Source: an uncultured delta proteobacterium
Lineage (GTDB): Bacteria > Desulfobacterota > Binatia > UBA9968
Reading direction: 5' to 3'
Assembly: GCA_963804165.1 (NCBI GenBank)
Contig: CAWDPO010000045.1
Coordinates: 32,001 to 96,000, forward strand
Length of the DNA stretch: 64,000 nt
Below, piece after piece: positions 49,144-58,537 of this stretch. The notes under the pieces are model-generated. The model was not told where the DNA came from. It searched no databases and saw only the letters and a program-made list of their open reading frames with translations. The translations under genes and the position numbers were made by a program. Position 1 is the stretch's first letter. Every line of letters begins with the position of its first letter.

Positions 49144-50873
49144 TTACACCTCCACACCGTAATGGGAAGGGAAATTTGGAAGCGGGCCCCGTGGCCAGCT
49201 TCGCTGGAAACACTGATCGTTCCGCCGTGGGCCTCTATAATCCTGCGGGAGATCGCCAGACCCAGCCCGGTACCCTTCGCCTTAGTCGTGAAGTAAGGCT
49301 CGAAGATACGCGGGTAGTTTTCCGGCGCAATCCCGGTTCCAGTGTCGGTGACGCTGATCAAACAATTGTCCTTTGACGTTTTCGCCTCCAGCGTCAAGGT
49401 TCCACCTTCGGGCATCGCTTGCAGACCGTTAAGAATAAGATTCAAGAGCGTTTGTCTGAAATATTCACGGTCCGCCTTGAGCGGCGGCAGAGTCAGCGGA
49501 GTAACAACTCGGATGTGCACCTTCGATTGCTGAGCTTCGCCTTCCACCAATATGGCTAATTCATTAAGGACATCCTGCACTGACAACTCCTCACGTTTGA
49601 TTTCGAGAGGGCGCGCCAGCGAGAGGAATTGCTCCACTATCGAGTTGAGGCGGTGCACTTCGCCGAGCATGAGTCCAGTAAGGCGAGAGTAGTCCTCCGG
49701 ATCATCGGTTGGGTAAAATTCCACCTTGAGACGTTGCAGTCCCATCGAAATGGCGTTGAGCGGATTTCTGACCTCGTGCGCGACCGCCGCAGCCAGGTTT
49801 CCTAGTGCTGAAAGGCGCTCTCTCTGTAACACTTCAGCCTCCAGGGCTTTGACCTCGAGCATATGAGTATGCTGGTTATGAAAAATCGCCGCCATGCCCA
49901 AAATCCCCGCGCCTAGGATCGCCAAGCCGAGAATAAGGATGGCGCGCACGCTATTGCGCCAGGCGATCACCATCGTTCCCAGTGACAGACCGATCTTGAG
50001 GAAACCCAAATTGGCTTCATCCAGTGCCACAGGTTGCACCACCTCAAGGTACCGTTTTCCGCCATCGCTCTCGACGATTTGGCTGAAAAGCTGACGGTCG
50101 ACTTTGGCTTTCAATACCAGCGGCTCTTTTTCCTGCTGCCCGATCCGGCGCCGGTCAGTATGCGCTATAACATTCAGGTCGCTATCGAGAAAAGCGACGA
50201 ACTCACTGTCCGATTGGCGGCCAAGATCCTCGATCTGGCGTTGCACTCCGATCGCTTTCTCGAAGTTGAAAATATAATCCGCGTTGGCATGGATCGCGAT
50301 GATGCCTGGAAAACTACTCGCGCCCACGGCGACGCCGAAGGCGCTGCCTTTCCAGAATTCTTTATCCTTGAAGCCCGGCGGCGGTTGCCCCGTCTTTTCC
50401 TCGGCTTTTTCCGTGGGCAGCCGCCAGCGCTTTCCCCACGCGTAGCTTATCGTTGGGCGCTGCGGCTGAAAGGTTTCTTCTCGCGCTTTTTGCCGTGCTA
50501 TCATCGCCGGCAGCGCGGCAAGTTTCCAGGGCCGGCCCTGCTCATCGAGGAGATCGATTTTTTGCAGGCGGTTCATCGCACTGATCTCTTTAAGCAGTGC
50601 CTCGTCGACATGACGGGAGAGCAGCAGTTGATCGATCAGCCGGGCATTATCCACCAAACGCTGCCGGATCAGATCCTCCAACAGGGCGTTGCCGACAATG
50701 GCATTTTTAACACTGGTCTCCATGGCCTTTGCCAATGCCGTCCCCTTGTCCTCAGTCTGGCGCAAGAGTTCTTGCTGAAGCCGCCGGGCTTCAAAAAAAA
50801 CATAGAGGGATGCCAAGATGAGAAGTAGCAGACCCGATGCGAGAAAGTGGCGTGGTAGAAAAACCCTTCGCAT
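49116..50873 (-). CDS. membrane sensor histidine kinase
   Basis: two TM helices around a periplasmic domain; AHEVRNPL, NGLQAM, DTGTG, GTGLGL. Confidence 0.93.
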   Translation of the reverse strand: MRRVFLPRHFLASGLLLLILASLYVFFEARRLQQELLRQTEDKGTALAKAMETSVKNAIVGNALLEDLIRQRLVDNARLIDQLLLSRHVDEALLKEISAMNRLQKIDLLDEQGRPWKLAALPAMIARQKAREETFQPQRPTISYAWGKRWRLPTEKAEEKTGQPPPGFKDKEFWKGSAFGVAVGASSFPGIIAIHANADYIFNFEKAIGVQRQIEDLGRQSDSEFVAFLDSDLNVIAHTDRRRIGQQEKEPLVLKAKVDRQLFSQIVESDGGKRYLEVVQPVALDEANLGFLKIGLSLGTMVIAWRNSVRAILILGLAILGAGILGMAAIFHNQHTHMLEVKALEAEVLQRERLSALGNLAAAVAHEVRNPLNAISMGLQRLKVEFYPTDDPEDYSRLTGLMLGEVHRLNSIVEQFLSLARPLEIKREELSVQDVLNELAILVEGEAQQSKVHIRVVTPLTLPPLKADREYFRQTLLNLILNGLQAMPEGGTLTLEAKTSKDNCLISVTDTGTGIAPENYPRIFEPYFTTKAKGTGLGLAISRRIIEAHGGTISVSSEAGHGARFQISLPITVWRCKCPIVSVFS

Positions 50874-50912
50874 GGATGAAATGATTATAGTCACGATTGC
50901 TTGCTAATATGC

Positions 50913-50948
50913 AACGACCCCCAGGGCCGGTTGGTCCCAGGGGTCGTT
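50913..50948 (-). terminator. hairpin between the OmpA gene and the kinase
   Basis: AACGACCCC...GGGGTCGTT. Confidence 0.5.
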
Positions 50949-51006
50949 CGTTACTTTACTTCTCTGGCTTTAAGATTTGCTCTGCCAGAATGATCGATCT
51001 TGCCCG

Positions 51007-51909
51007 TTATCGGCTCGCTGTGTCCGTGCGGAATCCCACGTCGACGCGGCGGTCGCGCTGCCAGCAAGCGTCAGTCGATTCGTTGCACAGCGGTTTTTTC
51101 TCACCGAAGGCGCTGGTCTGGATCTTATCGCCCGCAACGCCGGCCTTAACCAGCGCGTCACGAATGGCGTTCACACGACGTTCGCTCAGACCCTGGTTGT
51201 GTTGGTCGGTGCCGCGCGCATCCGCGTAGCCGCCGATACCCACATTCATAGGCGCATTCTGCTTGACGTGCGCCGCGATGTCGGTGATCTTGCTCATTTC
51301 ATTCGAGCGGATGTCCGACTTATCGGTGTCGAACAGGATATCCTTGAACGCCGCCGTATTGTTTCCCGTACCGAACGAGAACATACGATTCTCCGAAACA
51401 GCCATGGCTTGAGGGCCTATCGGTCCGGCTGGACCTTGCGCGCCCGTGGCGCCGGCTGGGCCGCGTTCACCTGCTAGGTTAAACGGGCCGGCGAACTCGG
51501 TCACGTAACCGAACTGATCGACGCGAAGGTTGCGCGTCTCAGACGCCGAGTTTTTCGCGTCGATGGAATACTCCACCGAATAGAAGGATTGATGCCTTCC
51601 GGTGGCCGGGCTGTCGATCTTGTAGCATACGGTGCTATACCCGCCGCCGTAGCCAAGCGGCCGCACTACTTTGAAGCCGGCCAGGTTCTTATCCGCATAC
51701 TGTTGCGCCAAATCCCGCGCTTGATCCTCGCTTATCTTCTCCTTGGTAACCCGGAGCTGGGGACAATTCGAACTGGCGACCAATTCATGGCTCATGCCGC
51801 CCATCCAACCCTTTGCGTCACCTTCCCTTTGAGCCGTGGCCACACCGGACAGCGCCAAGATGCCCGCTGCCGTGACCATCGGCGCTAAAACAAATCTTAA
51901 TCTCTTCAT
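51007..51909 (-). CDS. secreted OmpA-like peptidoglycan-binding protein with collagen-like linker
   Basis: signal peptide; seven Gly-X-Y triplets; ILFDTDKS, GYADARG, NQGLSERR, DRRVD. Confidence 0.88.
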   Translation of the reverse strand: MKRLRFVLAPMVTAAGILALSGVATAQREGDAKGWMGGMSHELVASSNCPQLRVTKEKISEDQARDLAQQYADKNLAGFKVVRPLGYGGGYSTVCYKIDSPATGRHQSFYSVEYSIDAKNSASETRNLRVDQFGYVTEFAGPFNLAGERGPAGATGAQGPAGPIGPQAMAVSENRMFSFGTGNNTAAFKDILFDTDKSDIRSNEMSKITDIAAHVKQNAPMNVGIGGYADARGTDQHNQGLSERRVNAIRDALVKAGVAGDKIQTSAFGEKKPLCNESTDACWQRDRRVDVGFRTDTASR

Positions 51910-51952
51910 AACTTTTTTCCTCCACTAAAATTTTTGCTAAACGATCTCCAGC

Positions 51953-51967
51953 GCAACTGTTGTGCCG
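51953..51967 (-). promoter_or_regulatory. sigma54 promoter P1
   Basis: CGGCAC-AACAG-TTGC. Confidence 0.8.
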
Positions 51968-52050
51968 CGCCTTGGCACCAGACAAAGGTGACTTTCTCTA
52001 AACATTCCGAGACAAACTGCGGAGAATCGAAGAGCAGCGACGGCGCAAGC

Positions 52051-52075
52051 GTCGAAAACTTCGACCAAACGGTCG
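52051..52075. promoter_or_regulatory. putative bEBP enhancer (UAS) copy 1
   Basis: GTCGA-AAACT-TCGACC-AAAC-GGTCG. Confidence 0.8.
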
Positions 52076-52126
52076 TTCCGTCGATTTACGAACTCGACGT
52101 TCTTTCCTGGCTTAATCATCGGCTGT

Positions 52127-52342
52127 TCAAGCCGGCTGATCTTCAAGCCGAAAGCCGAGCTTGACAGTAACCTGAAATTCCTTGACTTTGTCCTTATCAA
52201 CCAGCCCGCGCATTTCAGTCACCTCGAACCAGTCGACATGGCGTAGTGACTGACAAGCCTTCGCCACGGCGTTTTGGGTGGCTTCGCCAAAGCTGGTCTC
52301 AGAGATGCCGACGATTTCAATTTTCTTGTAAGTCCGTTCCAT
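52127..52342 (-). CDS. dodecin (flavin-binding)
   Basis: YKKIEIVGIS, WFEVTEMRG, FQVTVKLGF. Confidence 0.93.
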   Translation of the reverse strand: MERTYKKIEIVGISETSFGEATQNAVAKACQSLRHVDWFEVTEMRGLVDKDKVKEFQVTVKLGFRLEDQPA

Positions 52343-52372
52343 GTGGCTTTCCTCCTCAGGCTTGTTTTTTTA

Positions 52373-52963
52373 TCATCGCGCTGCTACGCGCTTCTCTTCG
52401 ATGATAACTTGCCTCGGCTCCTTTACCTCAAGCAGTTCATCGAAGAGGGCGCGGTAATGCACAACCGCCTTGCGCAGCTCTTCGGTGTCCGCCGAGCCCC
52501 GCTGATCGGCCACAGCGATGGCCTGCGCCGCTCGGTAATTGGCCACAACGTCCGGGTGATCGACTGAAATGTCGCCCGCACGGCGCTCAAAATCACCCAT
52601 GGGGTAACCTCGCTTTTCCATCAATTCCCGAACCAACTGTTCGGCTTGGACGACCACTCCCTTGGGGTTGTCGACGAATCGGCTCTGTAATGCTTGCCAG
52701 GCCTCAGTGAATCTGGCGGCTTCCGGCGGCGCCAGAGGGAGAATCTCCAGCCGCTCGACGCGCTTTTCGCGCGCCTTGAGCTCCGATTCGCCCTTGGTTC
52801 GACCGCCTAATTCATTCACGGTTCGGCCGTATTCCGGGCCGAAGCGTTCTTGGAGCTTATGGGATTGCTTTTTTTGGTAGAAGAACGCGGCCCCAAGTGC
52901 AACCAACCCTAGGACCACAACGGCCGCAATTATAATCCACGTTTGTGTGTCTAACGTTTCCAT
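52373..52963 (-). CDS. membrane-anchored hypothetical protein
   Basis: N-terminal TM; LQERFGPEY, RFVDNP, TEELRKAVVHYRALFDEL. Confidence 0.8.
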   Translation of the reverse strand: METLDTQTWIIIAAVVVLGLVALGAAFFYQKKQSHKLQERFGPEYGRTVNELGGRTKGESELKAREKRVERLEILPLAPPEAARFTEAWQALQSRFVDNPKGVVVQAEQLVRELMEKRGYPMGDFERRAGDISVDHPDVVANYRAAQAIAVADQRGSADTEELRKAVVHYRALFDELLEVKEPRQVIIEEKRVAAR

Positions 52964-53054
52964 CTGTACCTCCGTTTTTGATTTGATCGCTCGCTATCTT
53001 TGAATTAGTTGTCTCTATCTTGCTTCTTTTAATTCATGGTAATCATCAAACCCT

Positions 53055-53729
53055 TCACGCCAATTTCCTCAAAGCGTTGATTCTCTCTTCGGTTCCCGGG
53101 TGTGTAGATAAGAAACCACCACCACTGTCCCCTCCCGAGGTCCGCGTCAGCCAGGTCAGCGTGTCGATCATTACCTCTTTGGAATGACCGGCTCGACGCA
53201 AGATCTCGACACCGTGACGGTCCGCTTCCAACTCCTCTGAGCGGCTGTAGCTGTTTGCAATGAGCGCCCCCGCGATCGGGGTCACCGCGCTACTGCCCGG
53301 TATGAGCTGTTCGAGCAGAATTACGCCGATGTTGAGACCTGTACCCAAAGTCTGTGCTCTGGCCACGTGGCCAAGATCATCGTGAGCAATCTCGTGCGCC
53401 AGCACGCCTCTCAATTGCTCGTCGTTGGCCTTTGCAAGCAGCCCGGTCGTGACTTGAAACTCGCCGCCTCCCGCATTGGCGGCGTTGATGTTTGGATCGT
53501 CAATTACCCGAACTCGTATTTCATTTGAACGGCGCGGGTTAGTCGTCGCGCGCAGCAGCGGCAGCATGATCCGCTGCACTCGCTCCGTCTGCCTCGGATC
53601 GAGCGGACGGCCGGCCGAAGAGCGCGGTGTTTGTTGTGGGGCTGGCCCTCGCGATGAACTGGTCTCCAGCACGCAACCCGTTGTCGCCGTGGCGAGAATC
53701 AAAACTGCTATCATTCGAAGGAATCTCAT
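53055..53729 (-). CDS. M48 family metallopeptidase lipoprotein
   Basis: TGC lipobox; INAA, LAHEIAH, YSRSEELEAD, LSTHP. Confidence 0.9.
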   Translation of the reverse strand: MRFLRMIAVLILATATTGCVLETSSSRGPAPQQTPRSSAGRPLDPRQTERVQRIMLPLLRATTNPRRSNEIRVRVIDDPNINAANAGGGEFQVTTGLLAKANDEQLRGVLAHEIAHDDLGHVARAQTLGTGLNIGVILLEQLIPGSSAVTPIAGALIANSYSRSEELEADRHGVEILRRAGHSKEVMIDTLTWLTRTSGGDSGGGFLSTHPGTEERINALRKLA

Positions 53730-53912
53730 CGCTTCCCCGTCATCGGATCAAGCAACCCCGAAGGTAAATCGGTCAACGGTTGTCCCGAAGAAAACTGTCC
53801 ACCTCAAATCGTTCGCGATCGAGGAATCTTCCCTCGACTCCGACGTAATCCCCGAACCGAAGCGCCGGCGTTCTATTGAATTGGAAACCTATCCTGACTC
53901 CCGAGGGATTGC

Positions 53913-53928
53913 CGTCCAGTATTAGACA
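53913..53928. promoter_or_regulatory. putative Crp-family box E
   Basis: CGTCC-AGTATT-AGACA; minus-strand TAGGTT at 53891-53886 (centre -41.5). Confidence 0.78.
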
Positions 53929-53974
53929 GGATTGAAAAAATATCGGAGAAGTCCCCCTCGCGAGGCTCCGGGGG

Positions 53975-54049
53975 CTACCTCAGTCCCAAATAACCGGCGA
54001 CGAAAAGCACCACCACGATAACTCCTACAATGTAGAAAATATTATTCAT
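53975..54049 (-). CDS. 24-aa single-TM microprotein (not in ORF track)
   Basis: GGAGG RBS; MNNIFYIVGVIVVVLFVAGYLGLR. Confidence 0.75.
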   Translation of the reverse strand: MNNIFYIVGVIVVVLFVAGYLGLR

Positions 54050-54149
54050 GTCAGTTTCCTCCTTTCTTTGCGTGATCGGATTTTACCGTTGAGCCAGATG
54101 CCCATAGCATCACTCCGAGAAAGGGCAGTCGAGATCATCGCTCGATGTC

Positions 54150-54290
54150 TTACTGTCCGCTGAGACTCAATGGAATTTCAAGTTGAGTGATATTATTCGG
54201 AACGGGGTCCTGTTTCCTTGGAGGTACGTGGCCACAGTTTATGCAATAAAACTCTGGAACAATATAATTTTGGCAACGCGGACACTTCAT
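54150..54290 (-). CDS. 46-aa zinc-ribbon microprotein (not in ORF track)
   Basis: MKCPRCQNYIVPEFYCINCGH... with two CxxC; first gene behind sigma54 promoter P2. Confidence 0.7.
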   Translation of the reverse strand: MKCPRCQNYIVPEFYCINCGHVPPRKQDPVPNNITQLEIPLSLSGQ

Positions 54291-54349
54291 AGTTTTATTT
54301 CCGTTTCCGTCTTATTTCGTTCTTTACGCTATGTGTGCTCTATCGAAGA

Positions 54350-54364
54350 GCAGGTTGTGTGCCA
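54350..54364 (-). promoter_or_regulatory. sigma54 promoter P2
   Basis: TGGCAC-ACAAC-CTGC. Confidence 0.8.
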
Positions 54365-54446
54365 GACCGGTGGTAAGCAAAAGAGTGGATTTCGATTGAA
54401 TTTTTTAGGCTTTCAGGATGGAGAAGAGATGAGGCTCGTCAAGACC

Positions 54447-54471
54447 GTCGAGACCTTCGACCAAAAGGTCG
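54447..54471. promoter_or_regulatory. putative bEBP enhancer copy 2
   Basis: GTCGA-GACCT-TCGACC-AAAA-GGTCG. Confidence 0.8.
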
Positions 54472-54944
54472 GACTCGACTATTTCGTTCTGCGACTGTTT
54501 TTTCTTTCACGATGCGAGGTGATGTAGATCTCCAGTCTTCGCCAACCGGGTGTAGTAGTTCGTAATTGATTGATAGACACATAATCAGCCACTTCGCCTT
54601 TTTAGATGGAAGGCATCATCAGGGAAGGTCTCACGTGGCGTCGGGCAAGAAAAAAGATGAGCTACGACACAATCGAGAATCTCGCTTAGTTCTGTAGGGA
54701 GAACGAGGGCGTCGCCTTCCTTTTCTCATTCGTGCCCGACCGGATCGCGCAGTTCATCAAATCGAGATCTATCAGCCCGCCGGATCGTTCAATGCCGACC
54801 AGCCTATGCCAGACCTCTCTGGAAGACGTTCGCAGTCCGACATTCGTATAGTAAACTGCAGACAAGCCCCTGCTTCACTGTTTTTTTTAACGCGGCCGGC
54901 GCAGTCTTGGAAAAGAGGCGATCAGCGTCGAGGCCAGCTTGGAA

Positions 54945-55295
54945 TTACGCCAGTGTATGGTGCGGAATTTCCGACGGAGAAGGGTGTGTGGTCTTGAATA
55001 GCGCCTTTTCCGCTTCGAGTTCTTGGACCCGGTGTTCGAGATCCGCTACCGTATGTTTGGTTTTTTTCATCGCGCGATCTTTTCCGTAGATGGTGAGCGT
55101 GGAGGAAACCGACCTAGCAAAATAGAGAATCCATGCCATGAAGAGCCCAACAAACAACGACCCCACGATAACCAGATACAAGGGGACATCATCCCAGACA
55201 TATTCATTGAGTCGGATCGTAACCGGGCTAATGTTTTGCATTCCAAAGTAAGCGATCGCGACGCCGGAAATAACTGCAACAAGTAATACCAACAT
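54945..55295 (-). CDS. LapA/DUF1049 domain membrane protein
   Basis: FGMQNISPVTI, VPLYLVIVGSLFVG, coiled-coil tail. Confidence 0.8.
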   Translation of the reverse strand: MLVLLVAVISGVAIAYFGMQNISPVTIRLNEYVWDDVPLYLVIVGSLFVGLFMAWILYFARSVSSTLTIYGKDRAMKKTKHTVADLEHRVQELEAEKALFKTTHPSPSEIPHHTLA

Positions 55296-55375
55296 ATTTT
55301 TCTAACCTTCTTTCTTTTGCCTCAGAGTCTATCGATATTCGGCATTTTATTGCGAAGGGCTCAGCGGTCCTTCTC

Positions 55376-55549
55376 TCAGGACTGTGGATCCTTTTGTCGG
55401 GTCGCGGTCACGCCATGGACGATCGCCAGGCCGATCAGACAGAGAATGCCCACCCCGATCCACTGCATCGGCACGTGGAGCAGATTGGCTCCGATCGCCA
55501 GGCCGGCGATCAGTATGATGTATCCGACCAGGTAAATTCCAAATGACAT
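55376..55549 (-). CDS. 57-aa two-TM small protein (not in ORF track)
   Basis: AAGGAG RBS; MSFGIYLVGYIILIAGLAIGANLLHVPMQWIGVG...TRQKDPQS. Confidence 0.78.
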   Translation of the reverse strand: MSFGIYLVGYIILIAGLAIGANLLHVPMQWIGVGILCLIGLAIVHGVTATRQKDPQS

Positions 55550-55681
55550 GGGTATTTCTCCTTGACTACTACTTTTATTGAATTTTCTTCCCGTAAGCCC
55601 CTTTTTTCCTGACCCGAGAATAAAGCGACTCGGCAGGATTTCTTGCAGGTAAATGCGATAGGGTTGGGCGGCACGGCCATC

Positions 55682-56362
55682 CTAGGCAATCTGCGCGAGG
55701 TAATCGGTGAGTTTGTTTTCCTTGATGATGAGAAAATGATCGCTATTGGTTTCGATCAATCCCAGGTTGCGAAATCGCTGCATGAAGAAGCTGATCCGAG
55801 GCCGTGTCGTGCCCACCATCGCGGATAATTCTTCATGGGAAATCTTCAGCTCGATGCGAATACTGCGCGGATCTTTCTTGCCCATGGTGCGGGCCAATTG
55901 CAGCAACGTCTGACCCAGCCGTTGCTCGCTGTCCGCCGTCACCAGATTGGCGATGACGTGCTGTTGGTCGGCGATACGAACGGCCAGGTAGCGCACGAAT
56001 CCCTCAGACAAGGAGTCGCGGTTTAAGCGCGCAAAGAACTGGGCACAGGGTATTTGTTTTAACGTCGTTGGTTTCATCGCCACCGCAGTTTCGTGCCGCG
56101 CCCCTAACCCGGATAAGCACAGCTCGCCGAAAACATCTCCGCTGCTATGGATGGCCAGCAGACATTCTTTACCTTCGGGCGAGAGCAGAAGCAGCTTGAT
56201 CTGGCCGGTCTCGATGAAATAGACCATCTCGTCCTGGTCGCCGCAGGTGTAAACATTCGCGTGCCGTGCGAACGTCACAGGACGAGAGTTCAGCGTCTCG
56301 TGCTGCAACGAATCGCGCATTTGCTCTTTGAAGCGTTCCGCTTCGGGAGTCTGTTGAATCAT
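55682..56362 (-). CDS. Crp/Fnr family transcriptional regulator (second paralog)
   Basis: closely similar to 36766-37455; HTH GTTRPRISFF. Confidence 0.93.
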   Translation of the reverse strand: MIQQTPEAERFKEQMRDSLQHETLNSRPVTFARHANVYTCGDQDEMVYFIETGQIKLLLLSPEGKECLLAIHSSGDVFGELCLSGLGARHETAVAMKPTTLKQIPCAQFFARLNRDSLSEGFVRYLAVRIADQQHVIANLVTADSEQRLGQTLLQLARTMGKKDPRSIRIELKISHEELSAMVGTTRPRISFFMQRFRNLGLIETNSDHFLIIKENKLTDYLAQIA

Positions 56363-56421
56363 GGGTCGCGTTTCCGACTAATGGCGCTGAGCCCAATCTC
56401 CGGCGCTCTTTTGAACAAGTA

Positions 56422-56450
56422 ACCTCAGGAGTGAAACCCTATGCCTTAAA
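56422..56450. repeat. 29-bp direct repeat copy 1 (probable promoter)
   Basis: ACCTCAGGAGTGAAACCCTATGCCTTAAA; 28/29 identical to 63393-63421. Confidence 0.8.
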
Positions 56451-56484
56451 TTCCTCTAACCTTTCTTGCATGCTTGCGACCCCT

Positions 56485-56634
56485 TTAAAGCCGGCCGGTC
56501 AAGAGCAGAACAACCACGATCAGCAGAACGACACCAGCGAGACCCGAGGGCGCAAAGCCAAATTTGTGAAAACCCCAGTTCGGTAGACCTCCCACCAGAA
56601 ACAGAAGCAATACGATCAACAGTATCAGGCTCAT
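56485..56634 (-). CDS. DUF3309 family small membrane protein (not in ORF track)
   Basis: MSLILLIVLLLFLVGGLPNWGFHKFGFAPSGLAGVVLLIVVVLLLTGRL. Confidence 0.88.
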   Translation of the reverse strand: MSLILLIVLLLFLVGGLPNWGFHKFGFAPSGLAGVVLLIVVVLLLTGRL

Positions 56635-56680
56635 AGTCAGTTACCTTCTTTCGATTTTTCTTTTCTCAATGACGATAGGA

Positions 56681-56695
56681 GCAGCTTACGTGCCA
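56681..56695 (-). promoter_or_regulatory. sigma54 promoter P3
   Basis: TGGCAC-GTAAG-CTGC. Confidence 0.8.
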
Positions 56696-56778
56696 GTTCC
56701 CACGGTCAGGAAGAGACTGCATTTCGCGAGGGATTATTTAACGCTCCGGGGAAATCGGAGGGACGGTTCGGCGAAAGA

Positions 56779-56803
56779 GTCGAAACGATCGACCAAATGG
56801 TCG
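56779..56803. promoter_or_regulatory. putative bEBP enhancer copy 3
   Basis: GTCGA-AACGA-TCGACC-AAAT-GGTCG. Confidence 0.8.
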
Positions 56804-57088
56804 AGTTACCTAGCGCGGCAGGGCTGCAACCAAAAAAACAGGGGATTCACCATGAAGGCACCAAGGACGCGAAGGGTTTGAATCATTTAAGTTTCAAGCT
56901 TCGTGCTCTTTCGTTGGGCACGGAAAATTGCGCAAACCGCGTAAACCTCCAATTAGGGTAGTACGGCAAACTACTGTGGTCAACGCGACAGCAGCGTAGG
57001 TCCGGAAAGTGGCGGCCGAGAATTTTGCTCGTTGGGAAAAAAACGACGAGCTCGATAGATTCTTAGTAAAGAGACGAATCAAATCAGA

Positions 57089-57136
57089 ATCAGCGTCCCC
57101 GCCGTATGCGTTTCGATATACGACGGGAACGCTGAT
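57089..57136 (-). terminator. hairpin downstream of the Q-rich gene
   Basis: ATCAGCGTCCCCGCCGTAT...ATACGACGGGAACGCTGAT. Confidence 0.55.
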
Positions 57137-57176
57137 CCATGGGGCGTTGTTTGTTTAGCGCGCTAACCTCTCGTCG

Positions 57177-58346
57177 TCAGCGAAGATCCTGAAAATTGAG
57201 GATTTGTGACAAAATGGTTTCCAAGATGGAAGGGTTTCCATCAGCAAAGCGGCCGTATTGATATCGGCTATTGTAGCCATCTTCATAACCACGGCGGAAG
57301 CCCTGACGGAAGTAGTAATTGTAGTCGCGCCGGTCTACGTAATAGCCACTGTAACCGTAGTTTGCGTCCCGATAGGCATAAGAGTCCTTGTAGTTGGAAC
57401 CCCAACGGTCGTCCCGGTCTGCCCTTCCGGCGCGGAAGCCTTCTTCATAGCCATAGTTCACCGCCTGCCGCAGCGTCTTCGCGCCGTATTCGTTCGTTTC
57501 GTAGTAGTTGCTGCCGCCACGATTGTAACGATAGATCGGCGCCGTGTAGAAGTACGGGTCATGATCGTAATCGAACCGATTGTCCCGGAGATGGATCTGC
57601 TGCTGACGCACGCGCTCTAAATACTGTTCCTGAAAACGATACTGCGCGACGCGCTTTTGTTGCTTTAGCAGCGCTGCACGCTGTCGTGCGAGACGCTCCT
57701 GCTGTTCCAGATGCTGACGGTACTGCGCCACCCGTTGTTGCTGTTGATCAATAAGCTTTTGTTGCTGCTGCTGTGACAGACGCTCTTGTTGTCTCTGTTG
57801 TTGAATTTGGTCTTGCCTCTGCTGTTGCTGCGCGCGCTGTTGTTTCTGGATTTGCTCGGATTGACGCTCAACCCGCTCTTGCTGCTGCTGTTGTCGCGCT
57901 TGCTGTCTTTTGTTCTCTGCTGATTTTTGCTGAACGCGCTGTTGCTGCTGCTTCTGGTCCTGTTTCTGCTTTTTGCTGCTCCGCTCTTGCTGCTGTTGTT
58001 GCTGCTGAACGCGATGTTGCTGTTGCTTCTGGTCCTGCTCTGATTTTCGCTGCGCGCGCTCCTGCTGCTGGTCTTGTTTCTGCTTTTGCTCTTGCTGGTG
58101 CTGTTTTTGCTCAACGCGCTGTTGCTGTTGCTTCTGGTCCTGCACTGATTTTCGTTGCACGCGCTCTTGCTGCTGCTGGTTTTGTTTCTGTTTTTGTTCT
58201 TGCTGCTTTTCATGCTGATCGCGCTTTTGCTCTTTTTGCTCTTCCTGCGCTTCTCGTTGTCCATCGGCCGCTGTACTGATTCCCGCCAATGACAGGGTGC
58301 TGATGACAAGCGCCATCACCATCCGATCTAAGATATTAATTTTCAC
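57177..58346 (-). CDS. secreted glutamine-rich coiled-coil protein with Tyr/Gly/Arg-rich C-terminal domain
   Basis: GTG start after AGGAGGAG; signal peptide; about 200 aa of Q/K/E/R repeats; GYEEGFRAG and GFRRGYEDGY. Confidence 0.85.
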   Translation of the reverse strand: MKINILDRMVMALVISTLSLAGISTAADGQREAQEEQKEQKRDQHEKQQEQKQKQNQQQQERVQRKSVQDQKQQQQRVEQKQHQQEQKQKQDQQQERAQRKSEQDQKQQQHRVQQQQQQQERSSKKQKQDQKQQQQRVQQKSAENKRQQARQQQQQERVERQSEQIQKQQRAQQQQRQDQIQQQRQQERLSQQQQQKLIDQQQQRVAQYRQHLEQQERLARQRAALLKQQKRVAQYRFQEQYLERVRQQQIHLRDNRFDYDHDPYFYTAPIYRYNRGGSNYYETNEYGAKTLRQAVNYGYEEGFRAGRADRDDRWGSNYKDSYAYRDANYGYSGYYVDRRDYNYYFRQGFRRGYEDGYNSRYQYGRFADGNPSILETILSQILNFQDLR

Positions 58347-58468
58347 GGTACTCCTCCTGGTGTTTCGGGCATGTAAATTTGAGATAAAGCGTAAGTATGA
58401 TTATTTCTGCGAGTCGCTAAACCTCGATGCCTTTATTTCTATAGGATACGTCTTCTTAGAAGACTCAC

Positions 58469-58484
58469 AGTTCATTATTGGACA
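58469..58484. promoter_or_regulatory. putative Crp-family box F (imperfect)
   Basis: AGTTC-ATTATT-GGACA; minus-strand TATCCT at 58448-58443 (centre about -40.5). Confidence 0.6.
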
Positions 58485-58537
58485 AAGTGCTAAAGAATTA
58501 TGCTGATTAGACTCTCCATATGATCCGTTCAAACCTA

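Noticed and set aside
57665-58309. alternative-frame Ser/Asn-rich and Ala/Val-rich ORFs
   Set aside because: By-products of the CAG/CAA repeats of the Q-rich gene
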